Below, piece after piece: positions 19,769 through 33,239 of a stretch of DNA of 64,000 nucleotides. Both the position numbers and the translations under genes were made by a program. This stretch comes from Bryobacterales bacterium. Its GTDB lineage: Bacteria > Acidobacteriota > Terriglobia > Bryobacterales > UBA6623. The number at the start of each line of letters is the position of its first letter. Positions within the stretch are counted from its first letter, which is position 1. The DNA lies in the NCBI GenBank assembly GCA_965248235.1, contig CBDFIU010000004.1, positions 1,275,330-1,339,329 of the forward strand, in the 5' to 3' direction. The notes under the pieces are model-generated. The model saw nothing but the letters and a program-made list of their open reading frames with translations, did no database searches and was not told where the DNA came from.

Positions 19769-22271
19769 ATGAATGATTCAATCTTCCGCCGCTTGCTCCT
19801 TTTCGCGGGTTGCGCCGCGCTGCCGGTCTGGTCGCAGCCGGTTGAACTGGTGCCCGGAGAACCCTCCGTTATCGAGTATCCGGGGACCCCGGAGGTCACC
19901 CTTTTCCATGGCGATCGCGGTTTCGTCGTCGACGTCCCGGTGGGTACCGCGCGGCTGATCATCGACTTTGCCGGTTCCCCGTCCGGCACGCGGTTGGATC
20001 TGTTCGCTCGGTTCGGCCAGGATGTGGAACTTGACGCCGAGGGTGATGTTATCGCCGACCACCTTTCCCGGGGACCGCGCGGTGTCGAACAGATCACCAT
20101 AGACGATGACAGTGTTCCCGCTCTCGAAGAAGGGCGATATTTCATCGCGACGCACGGCTTTGAGGGAAACGAGGCGGTCACGGGCACGTTCGTGGCGACG
20201 CTGGTCGAGGGAGCGGATGTTGAAGGCCTTATTACCCTCGCCGCCTCCGATTTCGAAACCGGGATGGATGGGTGGACGATCAACTACCCCGCGCCGGACC
20301 CTGAGGTTTCTCTGCGAACCCTCGGCAATCCCGAATCCACGCTGATGACCACGGAGCTCGGCAGCGACGACTCACGGGGACTCCTGATCACCGGCACGAG
20401 TTCGGACGCCTTCGTGGCGCCGTCGAAATACCTCGGGAACCTAGCCATGCTGGGACCCCGCGCGCAGCTCCAATTCGAGCTGAAACATCGACCCGACGAC
20501 GGGCTCGCCAGAAACGTGGTTGAGGTGAAAATGTTCGGGCGAGAGAGCGCCTATAGCTGGAAAGCGTCAGCGCCCGAAAGAAAGTTCTCACCCTATGCGG
20601 TGGTCTTCGCCGAATCGGACTGGCAGAGAGTTGGGGGACAAGCTTCCTTCGACGAGGTGCTCGCGGAGGTGCTGCGATTTGAAATTCGAGCGGCCTTCGG
20701 CGCCGGGCCGGGAGAAACGACCATCGATAACGTCGAGCTGCTTGGTGATGTCCCGATTCCGGTCGTCCCGGTGATGTCGGATTTCGAAAATGGGACGGAC
20801 GGCTGGAAACACAATTTCCCCGGCTCGCCTCTTTTGATCCCGCGCACACCCGGCGCGACGTTCGGTGAAGTGCGCGCTTCCCAGAATTTCGAGCATGCCA
20901 CTCGAGGAGGCAACCCGGGCGGTTTCCTGAGGCTTCGTGATTTCGACGAGGAGAAACGCGATTTCTTTGTCGCCCCGGGGAAGTACCTCGGGGACTTGGC
21001 CGCGCTCGGCTCCGAGGGGCGCTTTGAGTTCGATCGTTATCACTCCTCCGACGAAGCAACGAATCGGGAAATCGAGGTGCGTATCGTCGGCTTCGGCGGG
21101 GCATACCGTTTTCGCGGACGACTGCCCACGACGGGCTGGGATCACTATATCGTCCCCTTCGACCCCTTACAGTGGCTCAGCTTGGGTGGTTCCCTTACCT
21201 TCGCCGAAACCCTAAAAGCCGTCCAACGAATCGAGGTCAGCGCGGATGAGGCGCCCGGTAGGGAAACGGCCGGTCTCGACAATTTCCAGCTGCTGTCGTC
21301 GCCTTTAGTGACCTCGACACGAAGAGGCTGAGTGGACGGCGTCGGTTAACGTCCCATGGCTGCAACTCTCCCAAAAAGCGGGGAAAACCCCCTCGGCCAT
21401 CCTTGTGACGATTAACCCGCTCGGTCTGGGGCTGGGCGATCACGAGGGGACGGTCACGATTGCGACGGTCGGCTCGTCGGATCCTCCCACGACGGTGGCG
21501 GTGAAGCTGATGATCGTGGTGCAAGGAACGCCGCTGATCTTCTCGCGGGGGATCGTCAATTCCGCCGACTTCACGAGCAATGACCGGCCGGGCGGGGAGT
21601 TGGCGGGTGGAATGTTCGTCTCTATTTTCGGAGAGAGCCTTGCCGTAGGAACGCAGGAGGCCTCCACGGTTCCCTTCCAGTTCGAGTTGAACGGAACTTC
21701 CGTCAGGATTGGAGGCTTGCCCGCGCCGATCGTTTTCGTCAGTCCCAATCCGCTCGTCGTGGTCGTACCGCAAGCAGTTGAGGGTCCGACCGCGGATGTC
21801 GTGGTGACGGCCGATGGACTTACCGGTCCCGCGGAAACCGTTCGCGTCACCACTGTACGGCCGGTCCTGGTTTCTCAATCGGAAGACGGAACCGGACCGG
21901 GAGCGATCCAGAATGTGGCCGATGACCGGGGCGTGACGCTCAACACATTCCAGTCCGCCGCCAAACCCCGACAGTTCATCACGATTTTCGGTACCGGTTT
22001 CGGTCCCACGGAAACTTTCGTTGCCGATGGCTTTGCCGCCAGCGGGATCAACCGGCTTGCGAACAACGCGCAAATTCGCATCGGGTCGCGATCCGTGAAA
22101 CCGAGCTTTGTGGGCCTGAGCCCCGACTCTCCGCACCTCTACCAAGCCAATTCGCAGCTTCCTTCCGACACACCCGAGGGGTGTTCGATTGAGGTTCAAA
22201 TCTTTATCGACGGCGTACCCAGCAACGTGGTGACGGTTGCCGTCAGCTCGGACGGCGGACCCTGCCGGTAA
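19769..22271 (+). pseudogene. Secreted modular protein: PPC-like + two laminin-IV(B)-like + BACON-like + TIGR03437-type C-terminal domain, broken near 21310
   Basis: Signal peptide; DLFARFG..E.I.I (PPC-like); two SDFE.G.DGW...FVAP.KYLG.L repeats; second frame from 21312 (WTASVNVPWLQLS..., GIVNSA.F, VSIFG..L, TIFGTGFG, LYQ.N) lacks the first half of the BACON-like domain. Confidence 0.7.
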
Positions 22272-22314
22272 GACCGCGGGCGAGCGAGGTGCGCTGCGCG
22301 CCCAAGGAGAAGTC

Positions 22315-23166
22315 ATGAAAATTGGAATCAATCTCTTGCTGTGGACCGACCATCCCACAGCCGAGCACGCCGGCCTGATCGAAAAAATCAAGAAGTGGGG
22401 ATTTGACGGCGTCGAATACCCCGTGATTGCGATGAGCGACGAAGAGATCCGCGAATCAGCCAAGATCCTCGACAACCTTGGGCTCGCGCGAACAGCCCTT
22501 TTGGCGTACGGCGCCGACCAAGCCGACCCGCTCAGCCCCGATCCCAAGTTGCGCCGCGCCGCGGTCGATCTGATCAAGAGCAGCATCGATAAGACGCGCA
22601 ACCTCGGCGGCCGTGTTCTGGTCGGCCCCTTCCAGGCGGGCTTGGGCCGTTTTACAGGCGCCGGACCGACCAAGGACGAATGGAAGCGCGCCGTTGACGT
22701 GATTCGCGAGGCCGGCGAGCACGCCGCCACCATGCACGTGGATCTCGCCGTCGAGCCCTTAAACCGCTTTGAAATGTTCTTGATGAACACGGTGCGCGCG
22801 GCGGGGCGATTCTGTCGCGACGTGGATCTGTCGAACGTCGGTTTACTGGCCGACACCCATCACTCCAATATCGAGGAGCACCGCACCGGCCGAGCGTGGA
22901 CCGCGGTCGCCGAGCACATTGTCCATGTTCATATTTCGGAAAACCATCGAGGCGTTCCCGGCCAAGGGCAAGCCGTGCGGCCGGACGTTTTTCAAAGTCT
23001 GCGCGAAAGCGGGTATGACCGCTGGTTGACGATCGAGTCCTTTGGGTTGAAAGTCCCTGGGATCATCCAACCCTTACACCTTTGGCGTCCGTTTTTCGAG
23101 AAGGAAGAAGACGTCGCGGTGATGGGCCTGCGGCACATCCGAGAGGGTTGGAAAGCGGCCGGTTAG
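22315..23166 (+). CDS. Sugar phosphate isomerase/epimerase (D-psicose/D-tagatose 3-epimerase family)
   Basis: EPLNRFE, DTHH.NIEE, HVHISENHRG.PG.G, LTIESF; AAGGAG RBS. Confidence 0.9.
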   Translation: MKIGINLLLWTDHPTAEHAGLIEKIKKWGFDGVEYPVIAMSDEEIRESAKILDNLGLARTALLAYGADQADPLSPDPKLRRAAVDLIKSSIDKTRNLGGRVLVGPFQAGLGRFTGAGPTKDEWKRAVDVIREAGEHAATMHVDLAVEPLNRFEMFLMNTVRAAGRFCRDVDLSNVGLLADTHHSNIEEHRTGRAWTAVAEHIVHVHISENHRGVPGQGQAVRPDVFQSLRESGYDRWLTIESFGLKVPGIIQPLHLWRPFFEKEEDVAVMGLRHIREGWKAAG

Positions 23167-24434
23167 TATTCGCTCGCCCTGGATGGGGTGGGCAGGCCCG
23201 TGTGACCGGGACCGGTTGCCGGCGGCGTGGTTCAGAGCATTCCCAGGCCTTCGAGTACGCCCGGGGATTCCTCCTCGATGGCCAACAATTCGTGGCAAAC
23301 ATCGCAATCCTGGGAGAGAGTTTTGTCGTCCGGGGTGGTACGGAGATCATCGTGGCAGCGAAAACAACCGGGTGAATCGGTGTGTCCGATGTGATTCGGA
23401 TAGGTCCCCCAGCCGACGCTCATGCCCGGAAACACATTCGCAAGATAGATGCGCGCCACGGCTTCCGCGGTTTCCTTGATTACTCGCCGCGCGCGGCGGC
23501 CACCTCGGGGTATTCGCGAGCATAAAAGTCCGTGACGGCCTCTTTGATCCGGGGGCCCGCCTGCTCACGTGTCTGATAAGGTCCTCGGAGGACCTTGAGC
23601 GCATCGCGCTTGATGAAGGGCAACTCACGATCCACCGTCTTGAGATAGAGAGCCTCGTCGACGGCGCGCGCGGGGTCTTGAAACGTGTGGGCCGGGCGGT
23701 TATGGCAATCGGTACAATCCATCGATCGCCGCATGAAGCCTTCGGCTTGCTCGGGATTCCAACCTTCGGCGTATTCGGTCAAACGGCCCGAGGCATCGCT
23801 GAAACCCACCCACGAGATCGTCTCTCGCTCGGGGTCGGAAAGGTATTCGATCGCAACCCCGTTCCCGAGATGGGCGCCGTGGATGCCCCCTCCTCGAGAC
23901 CCGCCGCCGAGCCGCATGAGCAGGACGGTGTAAGAAGACGTATTGGACTCGTCGTCGGCGAATTGCCGGAAGATCCGCAATTTGTCCCCGAACGGGCGTT
24001 GCGCTTCATGGCAGTTTTCGCAGGTTTTGTCGGCCGGACGCAAATGATGAATCGGTGTTGGAATCGGTCGCGCGTAAGACGCGGTGACCATGCTGATGAG
24101 CTGACCCGCTCCGCGCCATTTGGCCCACAAGGCGGATCGCACCTCCTCCGACATGGCAGTCCACGCAGCCGACCTGAGAGTGCGCCGAAAGCTTGTAGGC
24201 GGTGAATTCCGGCTCCATCACGTGGCAAGTTTGCCCGCGGAATCGGGCGGTATCCATGTAGTCGACCGCCGTGTAGGAGAGGTGTCCGCCAATGATGATG
24301 TTCGCGATCGTAGCCGCCGCGACGAACGAAGTAATCTGCCGAAAAGCGGGATTGGCCCAATTGACGGCGGGAAATTCTTCCGGATAAGTGCCCCGCCGGC
24401 GGCGCTTGCGTCCGCGCAACCGAATACCGATCGG

Positions 24435-25470
24435 GATGGATATTTACTTGACTCAGGTATTGGGAAATAGCCCCTACATGTTGTGGTCGTCCGTAGCGCG
24501 TGTCGCGGTGCCTCCGACCAGCGATTTGTAGGGTGCCGGTGGCACGGCGACGGCCTGTTGAACCAGGCGGTAAAAGAGCTTGCCTCGACTTCTGGACTTG
24601 CGGCGGTTGAAGCGGAAGGCGAATTCGTCGAGGTAGGAGTCGAGATGCTCGTGACTGACCGCTCCTTGATGCGTGCCCAGTATCCAGCGCTTCACTAACG
24701 ACACCACGCGGTGCACCCGGGGGAGCAGTTTCGAGGCGCGCGCCGGTTGCCCCTCCAGGTAGCTCACCTCGTGGCGATAGCCGTCGCCTTCGAGCGGTTC
24801 GTATCCCAGCCAACCGTCGGTATGGACCACGCTGCCGGGTTCGATCGACTCGCCGACGAAGGCCATCAAGCTGTCCCCGGAGGCGTTGGGAATGGTGCGT
24901 ATCCGAACCCGCCCGATGCCGGCACCATCTTCCTCGGCCGCTACTACAATCAGCGCCTTAGCGTCGGTTTGGCGACCGCGCACGCCCTCCTCCAAGCCTC
25001 CTAAGTAAGTCTCGTCAACCTCCACGCGCCCGCTGAGCCGATCGCGTCCGGGCCGCACCATGGCGCGCCGGAGCTTATGCAACCAAGTCCAGGCCGTTTT
25101 GTAGCTGCCCAGGCCCAACACCCGCTGCAAGCCCAGCGCGCTCGCCCCGTTCTTCTGGCTCGTGAGCCACCACATGGCTCGAAACCAACTCTGGAGGGGT
25201 TGGCGGGTGTCTTGAAATATTGTGCCCGCCGTTGGAGAAGCTTGATGCCCGCAGCCGGCGCACTCCAGCAGCGCTGTCCGCACCGCCCACGCTTTGTCGT
25301 GCCCGCATCGCGGACAACGAAAACCCTCCGGCCAGCGGAGTTGACACAGATACTCTCGACAGGCCTGCTCGGTGGCGAAACGCGCCTCGAACTCGGCCAG
25401 ATTCCGAGGATAATCTTCCATTTCCCCGATCCTACATCTTGTGGTCACCTGAGTCAAGTAAATACCCATC
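24435..25470 (-). mobile_element. IS1595 family element (ISSod11-like), copy 2, intact
   Basis: 24-bp IRs GATGG[A/G]TATTTACTTGACTCAGGT (23/24 match); 8-bp duplication CCGATCGG at 24427-24434 and 25471-25478. Confidence 0.95.
24474..25421 (-). CDS. IS1595 family DDE transposase
   Basis: Zn ribbon CPRCG...CAGCG; EVDETY, HTDG, H(x6)K and EFAFRFNRR, matching the DDHK+ER4R7 pattern of the ISSod11 group. Confidence 0.93.
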   Translation of the reverse strand: MEDYPRNLAEFEARFATEQACREYLCQLRWPEGFRCPRCGHDKAWAVRTALLECAGCGHQASPTAGTIFQDTRQPLQSWFRAMWWLTSQKNGASALGLQRVLGLGSYKTAWTWLHKLRRAMVRPGRDRLSGRVEVDETYLGGLEEGVRGRQTDAKALIVVAAEEDGAGIGRVRIRTIPNASGDSLMAFVGESIEPGSVVHTDGWLGYEPLEGDGYRHEVSYLEGQPARASKLLPRVHRVVSLVKRWILGTHQGAVSHEHLDSYLDEFAFRFNRRKSRSRGKLFYRLVQQAVAVPPAPYKSLVGGTATRATDDHNM

Positions 25471-25895
25471 CCGATCGGAATCAGAATGAGCCCAACGACG
25501 AATACAGCCGGCAGAACCAGAAAAAATAGGATCCCCAGATAGGGATGGCCCGCCCGGGCGCCCGTTTATCGGCAGGATAAACAGCCACGCCACGCCGCCG
25601 GTTGTCGTCAGCAAGACGCCGAAGAAGCTAATCGGATTACTCGATAGATAGATCAGCGGCCGAAGCTGGTGGGAGAGGTTAGGCATGCTTTCACGGTTTC
25701 CGCGACCGTTTTGTAATTCCGCGACTCGGGGACGTCCCCTGCCGCAATTCTACCCTTCGCGTCGTAAGAACCACACCCCGCGGCGAACGGATCGACCGGC
25801 GGATCACGGTATAACCCGTGAAACGGCCTCGTACCGAACGACGAGGGCTCTAAACCGGAAGCCGGAAACCGGCCCTACGAGGACCGCCTATTTGC

Positions 25896-25916
25896 GAACC
25901 CAAGCCCGGTGAACCG
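25896..25916 (+). repeat. 21-bp direct repeat (partner 30028-30048)
   Basis: GAACCCAAGCCCGGTGAACCG versus GAACCCAAGCCCGCTGAACCG, 20/21 identical. Confidence 0.8.
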
Positions 25917-26063
25917 CGGTGAACCGGGCGGAGCGCTCGCATTGCGAGAGGGATGTTCCGCATTTATGTTGCACACCTCACATCCCTCCGAAGTTGGCGG
26001 AGCAAGCCTCGGTGGCTCTTCGGGTTACAATAGGGTCAGCGTTCTTTCTCGCCCCCCCACGTC

Positions 26064-28862
<2,799 letters not shown>

Positions 28863-28896
28863 TGGTTCGACACAATCGCTCGGTTGACGAATAGAA

Positions 28897-28921
28897 TGGG
28901 CAGGCCTGGAGACCTGTCCCA
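28897..28921. repeat. REP-like intergenic hairpin
   Basis: Minus strand TGGGACAGGTC-TCCA-GGCCTGCCCA imperfect palindrome between secA and the next gene. Confidence 0.45.
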
Positions 28922-28925
28922 CTGC

Positions 28926-29915
28926 ATGACAAGAATTGTTTCGCTTTTGTTGCTCTTCCCGCTGTGGGCCGGGGCGGCGCTGCTGCCCGAGGCGTTGGGC
29001 GAGTTTGAGCGCAAGAGCGTCGAGCCCTACACCCCCGACAACAGAGACCTCTACCTGGAGTTCGGCTTCGAAGAAGGCGAAACGGCGCGCTACGTCACCG
29101 AGGCCGGCCCATCGGTGGATATCACGGCCCGGCGTTTCCAGGACCCCACCGGAGCGTTCGCGGTTTTCCTATGGCTGCAGCCTGGGGAGGGTGTCGCGCG
29201 GCCTTACGGCGAGGGCGCGGTTCAAAGCGGCGACCGGACGCTGATCCGTTTCGGCAACTACGTGATCGAAATGCGGGGCGCCGAGCCGGTTGACGAACAT
29301 GTCGAGTTGATGTTGGCTTTTTTGCCGCGCGTGCAAATGACGGCGCCGCCTCCTTTGCTGGCCTATTTCCCGACCGACCAAATCGTTCCTTATTCGGCGA
29401 AACACATCCTCGGACCGGCGGGGCTCGAGCAGGTCGCGCCGAAAATTCCGCCGTCAACGGCCGCCTTTCATTTCGGAACCGAAGCCCACTACGGCCGCTA
29501 CGCCACCCCAAACGGCGAGCACGAACTGCTGCTTTTCAGCTACCCCACACCGCAAATCGCACGGGACCAATTAGAGGCCTTCAACCAGTTGGACGCCGTG
29601 GTCGCCAAACGTTCCGGCCCATTGGTGGCGATAGTGCCCGATCCACCTTCCGCCGACGAGGCGCAGCGTCTGTTGGCGCGCGTTCGCTACGCCGCCGAAG
29701 TTACGCCTCATCATCGTGAGATGACGCGCAGTGAAAATTTGGCCACGCTGCTTATCGATATCATCATCTTCTGCTGCCTTCTGGTGTGTCTCATGATTGT
29801 CGGAGGCGGCATTGTGGCGGGCACGCGGATGATGGCCGGCAAGTACGCACCCGAATCCATCCTCGCCTCGACGGACGAGGGCAATATCCTGCGCTTGGAT
29901 ATCGACAAGCACTAA
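28926..29915 (+). CDS. Exported protein with C-terminal TM anchor (DUF6599-like)
   Basis: Signal peptide; F.D.TGAF..F, YPTPQIAR and KRSGPLV motifs; C-terminal TM. Confidence 0.55.
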   Translation: MTRIVSLLLLFPLWAGAALLPEALGEFERKSVEPYTPDNRDLYLEFGFEEGETARYVTEAGPSVDITARRFQDPTGAFAVFLWLQPGEGVARPYGEGAVQSGDRTLIRFGNYVIEMRGAEPVDEHVELMLAFLPRVQMTAPPPLLAYFPTDQIVPYSAKHILGPAGLEQVAPKIPPSTAAFHFGTEAHYGRYATPNGEHELLLFSYPTPQIARDQLEAFNQLDAVVAKRSGPLVAIVPDPPSADEAQRLLARVRYAAEVTPHHREMTRSENLATLLIDIIIFCCLLVCLMIVGGGIVAGTRMMAGKYAPESILASTDEGNILRLDIDKH

Positions 29916-30027
29916 CCCGCATCTCTCACCGCCTGACGGGCAAAGTACACGATAGGCCCGCCATTACGTCATTGCGCTTGCTCGCCGTGCTCACCGTACT
30001 GTTCAAGTACGCGTCTTTTGATTAAGT

Positions 30028-30048
30028 GAACCCAAGCCCGCTGAACCG
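30028..30048 (+). repeat. 21-bp direct repeat (partner 25896-25916)
   Basis: 20/21 identity to 25896-25916. Confidence 0.8.
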
Positions 30049-30079
30049 GGCTAACCCGTCGCTTGCGCTCAGGGCTCTG

Positions 30080-30403
30080 TCGGGCTTTACGGTCACATCT
30101 CGGACGTCGGGCCGGGAGGCGCTGGAGCTGTTTCGAGCCCAGCCGGATCGCTACCATCTCGTGTTTTCCGATATTACGATGCCTCAGATGACCGGCATCC
30201 AGTTGGCGCGGGAGTTGATCGCGATTCGCCCCGATTTGCCGATCATTCTGGGAACCGGTTTCGGCAAGATGGTCACGGAGGACCAGGTCAGGGAAGTGGG
30301 GGTTCGGAAGCTGATCGGCAAGCCGTACCGGCCTGCCGAGCTGACCCGCACGATCCGTCAAGCGCTCGACCGCGACCGCGTCGAAGCAGCCGAGGATATT
30401 TGA
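30080..30403 (+). pseudogene. Receiver-domain remnant, probably the C-terminus of a hybrid histidine kinase
   Basis: EALELF, LVFSDITMPQMTG, PIILGTG and KP motifs present; the first beta strand with the acidic pair is missing. Confidence 0.75.
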
Positions 30404-30467
30404 TTTGTCATTCGCGGAAGCGCCTGGGGCTTTGTTTCCGCGTATGAATTGGGCGCGGCTCGGAAAC

Positions 30468-31757
30468 CTATTTCAACTTCACGCAAACCAAGCTATCGCG
30501 GTTGCGGACGTAGTAGAGTCCGTTCGCCAGGGCGGCGTACGCCCGCACGGTTCCTTGAAGAATTTGCGCCCGTGAGATCACTTCGAACCGCTCCGGCGTC
30601 GCGGACGCTATGACGAGTTCGCCGTTTTCGCGCTGAATCAATAAGCGGTCGCCCGCCACGATCACCGAACCGCCGCCGAAGTGCTCCTCGCTCCAGTGGA
30701 CTTTGCCGGTCTTCCAGTCGGCCGCGCGAAAGCTCGGCGAGTATTCCTGCCGACCGTGAAACCCGTACAGCACGCCGTCCTTGTGAACGCTTGTCGCGTA
30801 GTGGTTGGTCAACACGTCGTCCGACGCCCACAGGGTGTGCACTGCCCCGTCTTGCAACCGCACGACCGTCGCGCCGGTTCCATAACTTGACGAGAGAAAA
30901 ACCGTGTCGTCGACAACGAGAGGCGTGGCCGCGTTCACCGAATTGCGGCTGCGCGCCCGCCAGCGATGTTCGAGCAAGACTTCGCCCGTCCGGGGTCGCA
31001 CCCCAACCAATCCATTTCGCGTAAAGAAGAGAACGGCCGATTCTTCTCCCAAGCGAGTCTTCACGGGAGAAGCGTAGGAAGCCTCGTCGGAGCCTGTTTT
31101 CCAAAGCAGCCGACCGGTGTCCTTGTCCAGCGCGATGAGCCCCGCGCCGCCACTGCCCCCGACATTCAAAAAGATTCGCGATCCTTCGACCAGCGGAGTT
31201 CCCGACGCTCCGAAGAAACCTTTGCGCACATCGAAATCGCGGTGTGTGTCAAGGCTCCAGAGTTTACGGCCCGAGGCAAACTGTAGACAATGCAACAGGC
31301 CCTGGGCCCCGAAAGTATAGACTTGTCCGCCGACAACCACCGGGCTTGCGCGCGGCCCGTCGCTGAAACCGAAGTCATCGCGGTAATCGGTGGGGTAGGA
31401 AAAGGACCAAATCTCGTCGCCCGTTTCGGCGTCGAGCGCCTCCACGACATCTTGATCGCCCTCACGGTGGACCAGGATCACGCGACCGTTGGCAACGACC
31501 GGGTTGCTGTAGCCCTCGCCGACCGGTCGTTCCCACACTTGCGAGGGACCTTGGGGCGGCCAGGTTTTCGCGAGGTCGCGCGCGGGATAGACGCCGTCAC
31601 GGTTGGGCCCCAGAAACTGTGGCCAATCGGCGCTGAAGGCATTGGCGGCGAGACAGGCGAGCGCGAGGATGCCCAGGGCGTGGGTGACTCGGCTCGGGCC
31701 CTGGGGAGGCGGCATGGACGTGTGCCACGTCTTGCGCGGAGATGGGATTTGCGCCAT
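30468..31757 (-). CDS. PQQ-binding-like beta-propeller protein
   Basis: DWPQFLGPNRDG, GYSNPVV, repeated LD..TG..W blades, ASYASP. Confidence 0.88.
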   Translation of the reverse strand: MAQIPSPRKTWHTSMPPPQGPSRVTHALGILALACLAANAFSADWPQFLGPNRDGVYPARDLAKTWPPQGPSQVWERPVGEGYSNPVVANGRVILVHREGDQDVVEALDAETGDEIWSFSYPTDYRDDFGFSDGPRASPVVVGGQVYTFGAQGLLHCLQFASGRKLWSLDTHRDFDVRKGFFGASGTPLVEGSRIFLNVGGSGGAGLIALDKDTGRLLWKTGSDEASYASPVKTRLGEESAVLFFTRNGLVGVRPRTGEVLLEHRWRARSRNSVNAATPLVVDDTVFLSSSYGTGATVVRLQDGAVHTLWASDDVLTNHYATSVHKDGVLYGFHGRQEYSPSFRAADWKTGKVHWSEEHFGGGSVIVAGDRLLIQRENGELVIASATPERFEVISRAQILQGTVRAYAALANGLYYVRNRDSLVCVKLK

Positions 31758-31779
31758 GGGGCGTTTGCCGCTGACTGAG

Positions 31780-33120
31780 TCAGCCAAGCAGGCGTTCAAT
31801 AAAATGCGTATCGAAATTACCCAACGAAAAATCGGGGTCGGCCATGATCCTCTGATGCAGCGGAATCGACGTGTGAATCCCCTCGACAACGAACAGATCG
31901 AGAGCCCTCTGCATTCGAGTCACGGCTTCGGTCCGATCCCGTCCGTGGACGATTAACTTCGCCACCAAGGAATCATAATAAGGCGGCACGAACCAGCCGC
32001 TATAGGCCGCCGTGTCGACCCTGACACCGATGCCGCCCGGCGGAATCATGTTCGTGATGCGCCCGGCCGAGGGCGCGAATGTTTCGGGGTTCTCGGCATT
32101 AACACGGCACTCGATGGCGTGGCCGCGGACCTCGATCTTCTCGGGCACGACGGCGGAAAGATGCTCGCCGTCAGCCAGCAGAATCTGGCTCTTCACCAGA
32201 TCGATCCCCGTGATTGCCTCGGTCACGGGGTGTTCCACCTGGATGCGGGCGTTCATTTCGATGAAATGAAGTTGGCCGTCTTCATCCATTAGAAACTCGA
32301 CGGTCCCGGCGTTGGAATAACCGATTTCAGAGAGCGCGGCCCCAATTCTTTCGGAGAGATCGTCGCGAGTCGCGGCGTCGAGCGTGGGCGAAGGAGCCTC
32401 TTCGATCAACTTCTGATGCCGTCGCTGGATCGAACATTCCCGTTCACCTAGCGCGACCACTTTGCCGTGACGGTCGCCGAGGACCTGAAACTCGATATGC
32501 CGGGGCCGCTCGACAAATTTTTCCAAATAAACGTCGGAGGAGTGGAAACTGACGGCGGCTTCGTGCTGCGCCTGGTGAAACAGTTCCTCCAAACGCTTGG
32601 GGCTCGCGACGACGCGCATGCCGCGTCCTCCCCCGCCCGCCGCGGCCTTGATAATCACCGGGTAGCCGATTTCGTCGGCCGCGCGCCGCGCCTCGTCCAC
32701 GGAATGAATCGGGTTCTCGGTGCCGGGCAAAATCGGCAGACCGGCCTTCTTGACCGCGCGGCGAGCTTCGGCCTTATCGCCCATCAGGCGGGTAATTTCG
32801 GGATCGGGGCCGATGAACGTAATGCCCGAGACCTCGCAGATCTCGGCGAACGAGGCGTCCTCGGCCAGGAAACCATAACCCGGGTGAATGGCGTCGGCAT
32901 CGGTGACTTCGGCGGCGCTGATCACCGCCGGCACATTGAGATAGCTCTCGGCGCTTCGCGGCGGGCCGATGCAGAGCGCTTCATCGGCGTGGCGGACGTG
33001 CAGCGATTCGCGGTCGGCTTCCGAATACACGGCGACCGTGCGGATCCCCAGATCCTTACAAGCGGTAATCACCCGCAGGGCGATTTCTCCGCGATTGGCA
33101 ACAAGCAGTTTTCGAATCAT
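31780..33120 (-). CDS. accC: Acetyl-CoA carboxylase biotin carboxylase subunit
   Basis: LVANRGEIALR, IHPGYGFLAE, KAAAGGGGRGMR, ERECSIQRRHQKL, EMNARIQVEHPVTE. Confidence 0.96.
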   Translation of the reverse strand: MIRKLLVANRGEIALRVITACKDLGIRTVAVYSEADRESLHVRHADEALCIGPPRSAESYLNVPAVISAAEVTDADAIHPGYGFLAEDASFAEICEVSGITFIGPDPEITRLMGDKAEARRAVKKAGLPILPGTENPIHSVDEARRAADEIGYPVIIKAAAGGGGRGMRVVASPKRLEELFHQAQHEAAVSFHSSDVYLEKFVERPRHIEFQVLGDRHGKVVALGERECSIQRRHQKLIEEAPSPTLDAATRDDLSERIGAALSEIGYSNAGTVEFLMDEDGQLHFIEMNARIQVEHPVTEAITGIDLVKSQILLADGEHLSAVVPEKIEVRGHAIECRVNAENPETFAPSAGRITNMIPPGGIGVRVDTAAYSGWFVPPYYDSLVAKLIVHGRDRTEAVTRMQRALDLFVVEGIHTSIPLHQRIMADPDFSLGNFDTHFIERLLG

Positions 33121-33239
33121 GGAAAGCGCGACTCTCGTGAAAAAATGGGGGCTGTGCCAAGCGTGGTCCGAGCAAGTTCCATCGAATCAACAATCCGCTC
33201 GGCGTGAAGTGAACTGTTCCCGGTCTGTTTTACAGCCCC

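Larger units (their letters stand above)
23232..25686 (-). pseudogene. NapC/NirT-type membrane multiheme cytochrome c, IS-interrupted with at least 3 frameshifts
   Basis: CxxCH motifs CVDCH, CENCH, CTDCH, CFRCH, CDVCH plus FRGQTCH (likely lost Cys); frame changes near 25555, 24145 and 23470; removing the IS restores LILIPIGIRL. Confidence 0.88.

Noticed and set aside
16595..25470. Composite transposon formed by the two IS1595 copies
   Set aside because: Each copy has its own matching 8-bp duplication and copy 2 splits a gene whose halves lie on both sides, indicating independent insertions
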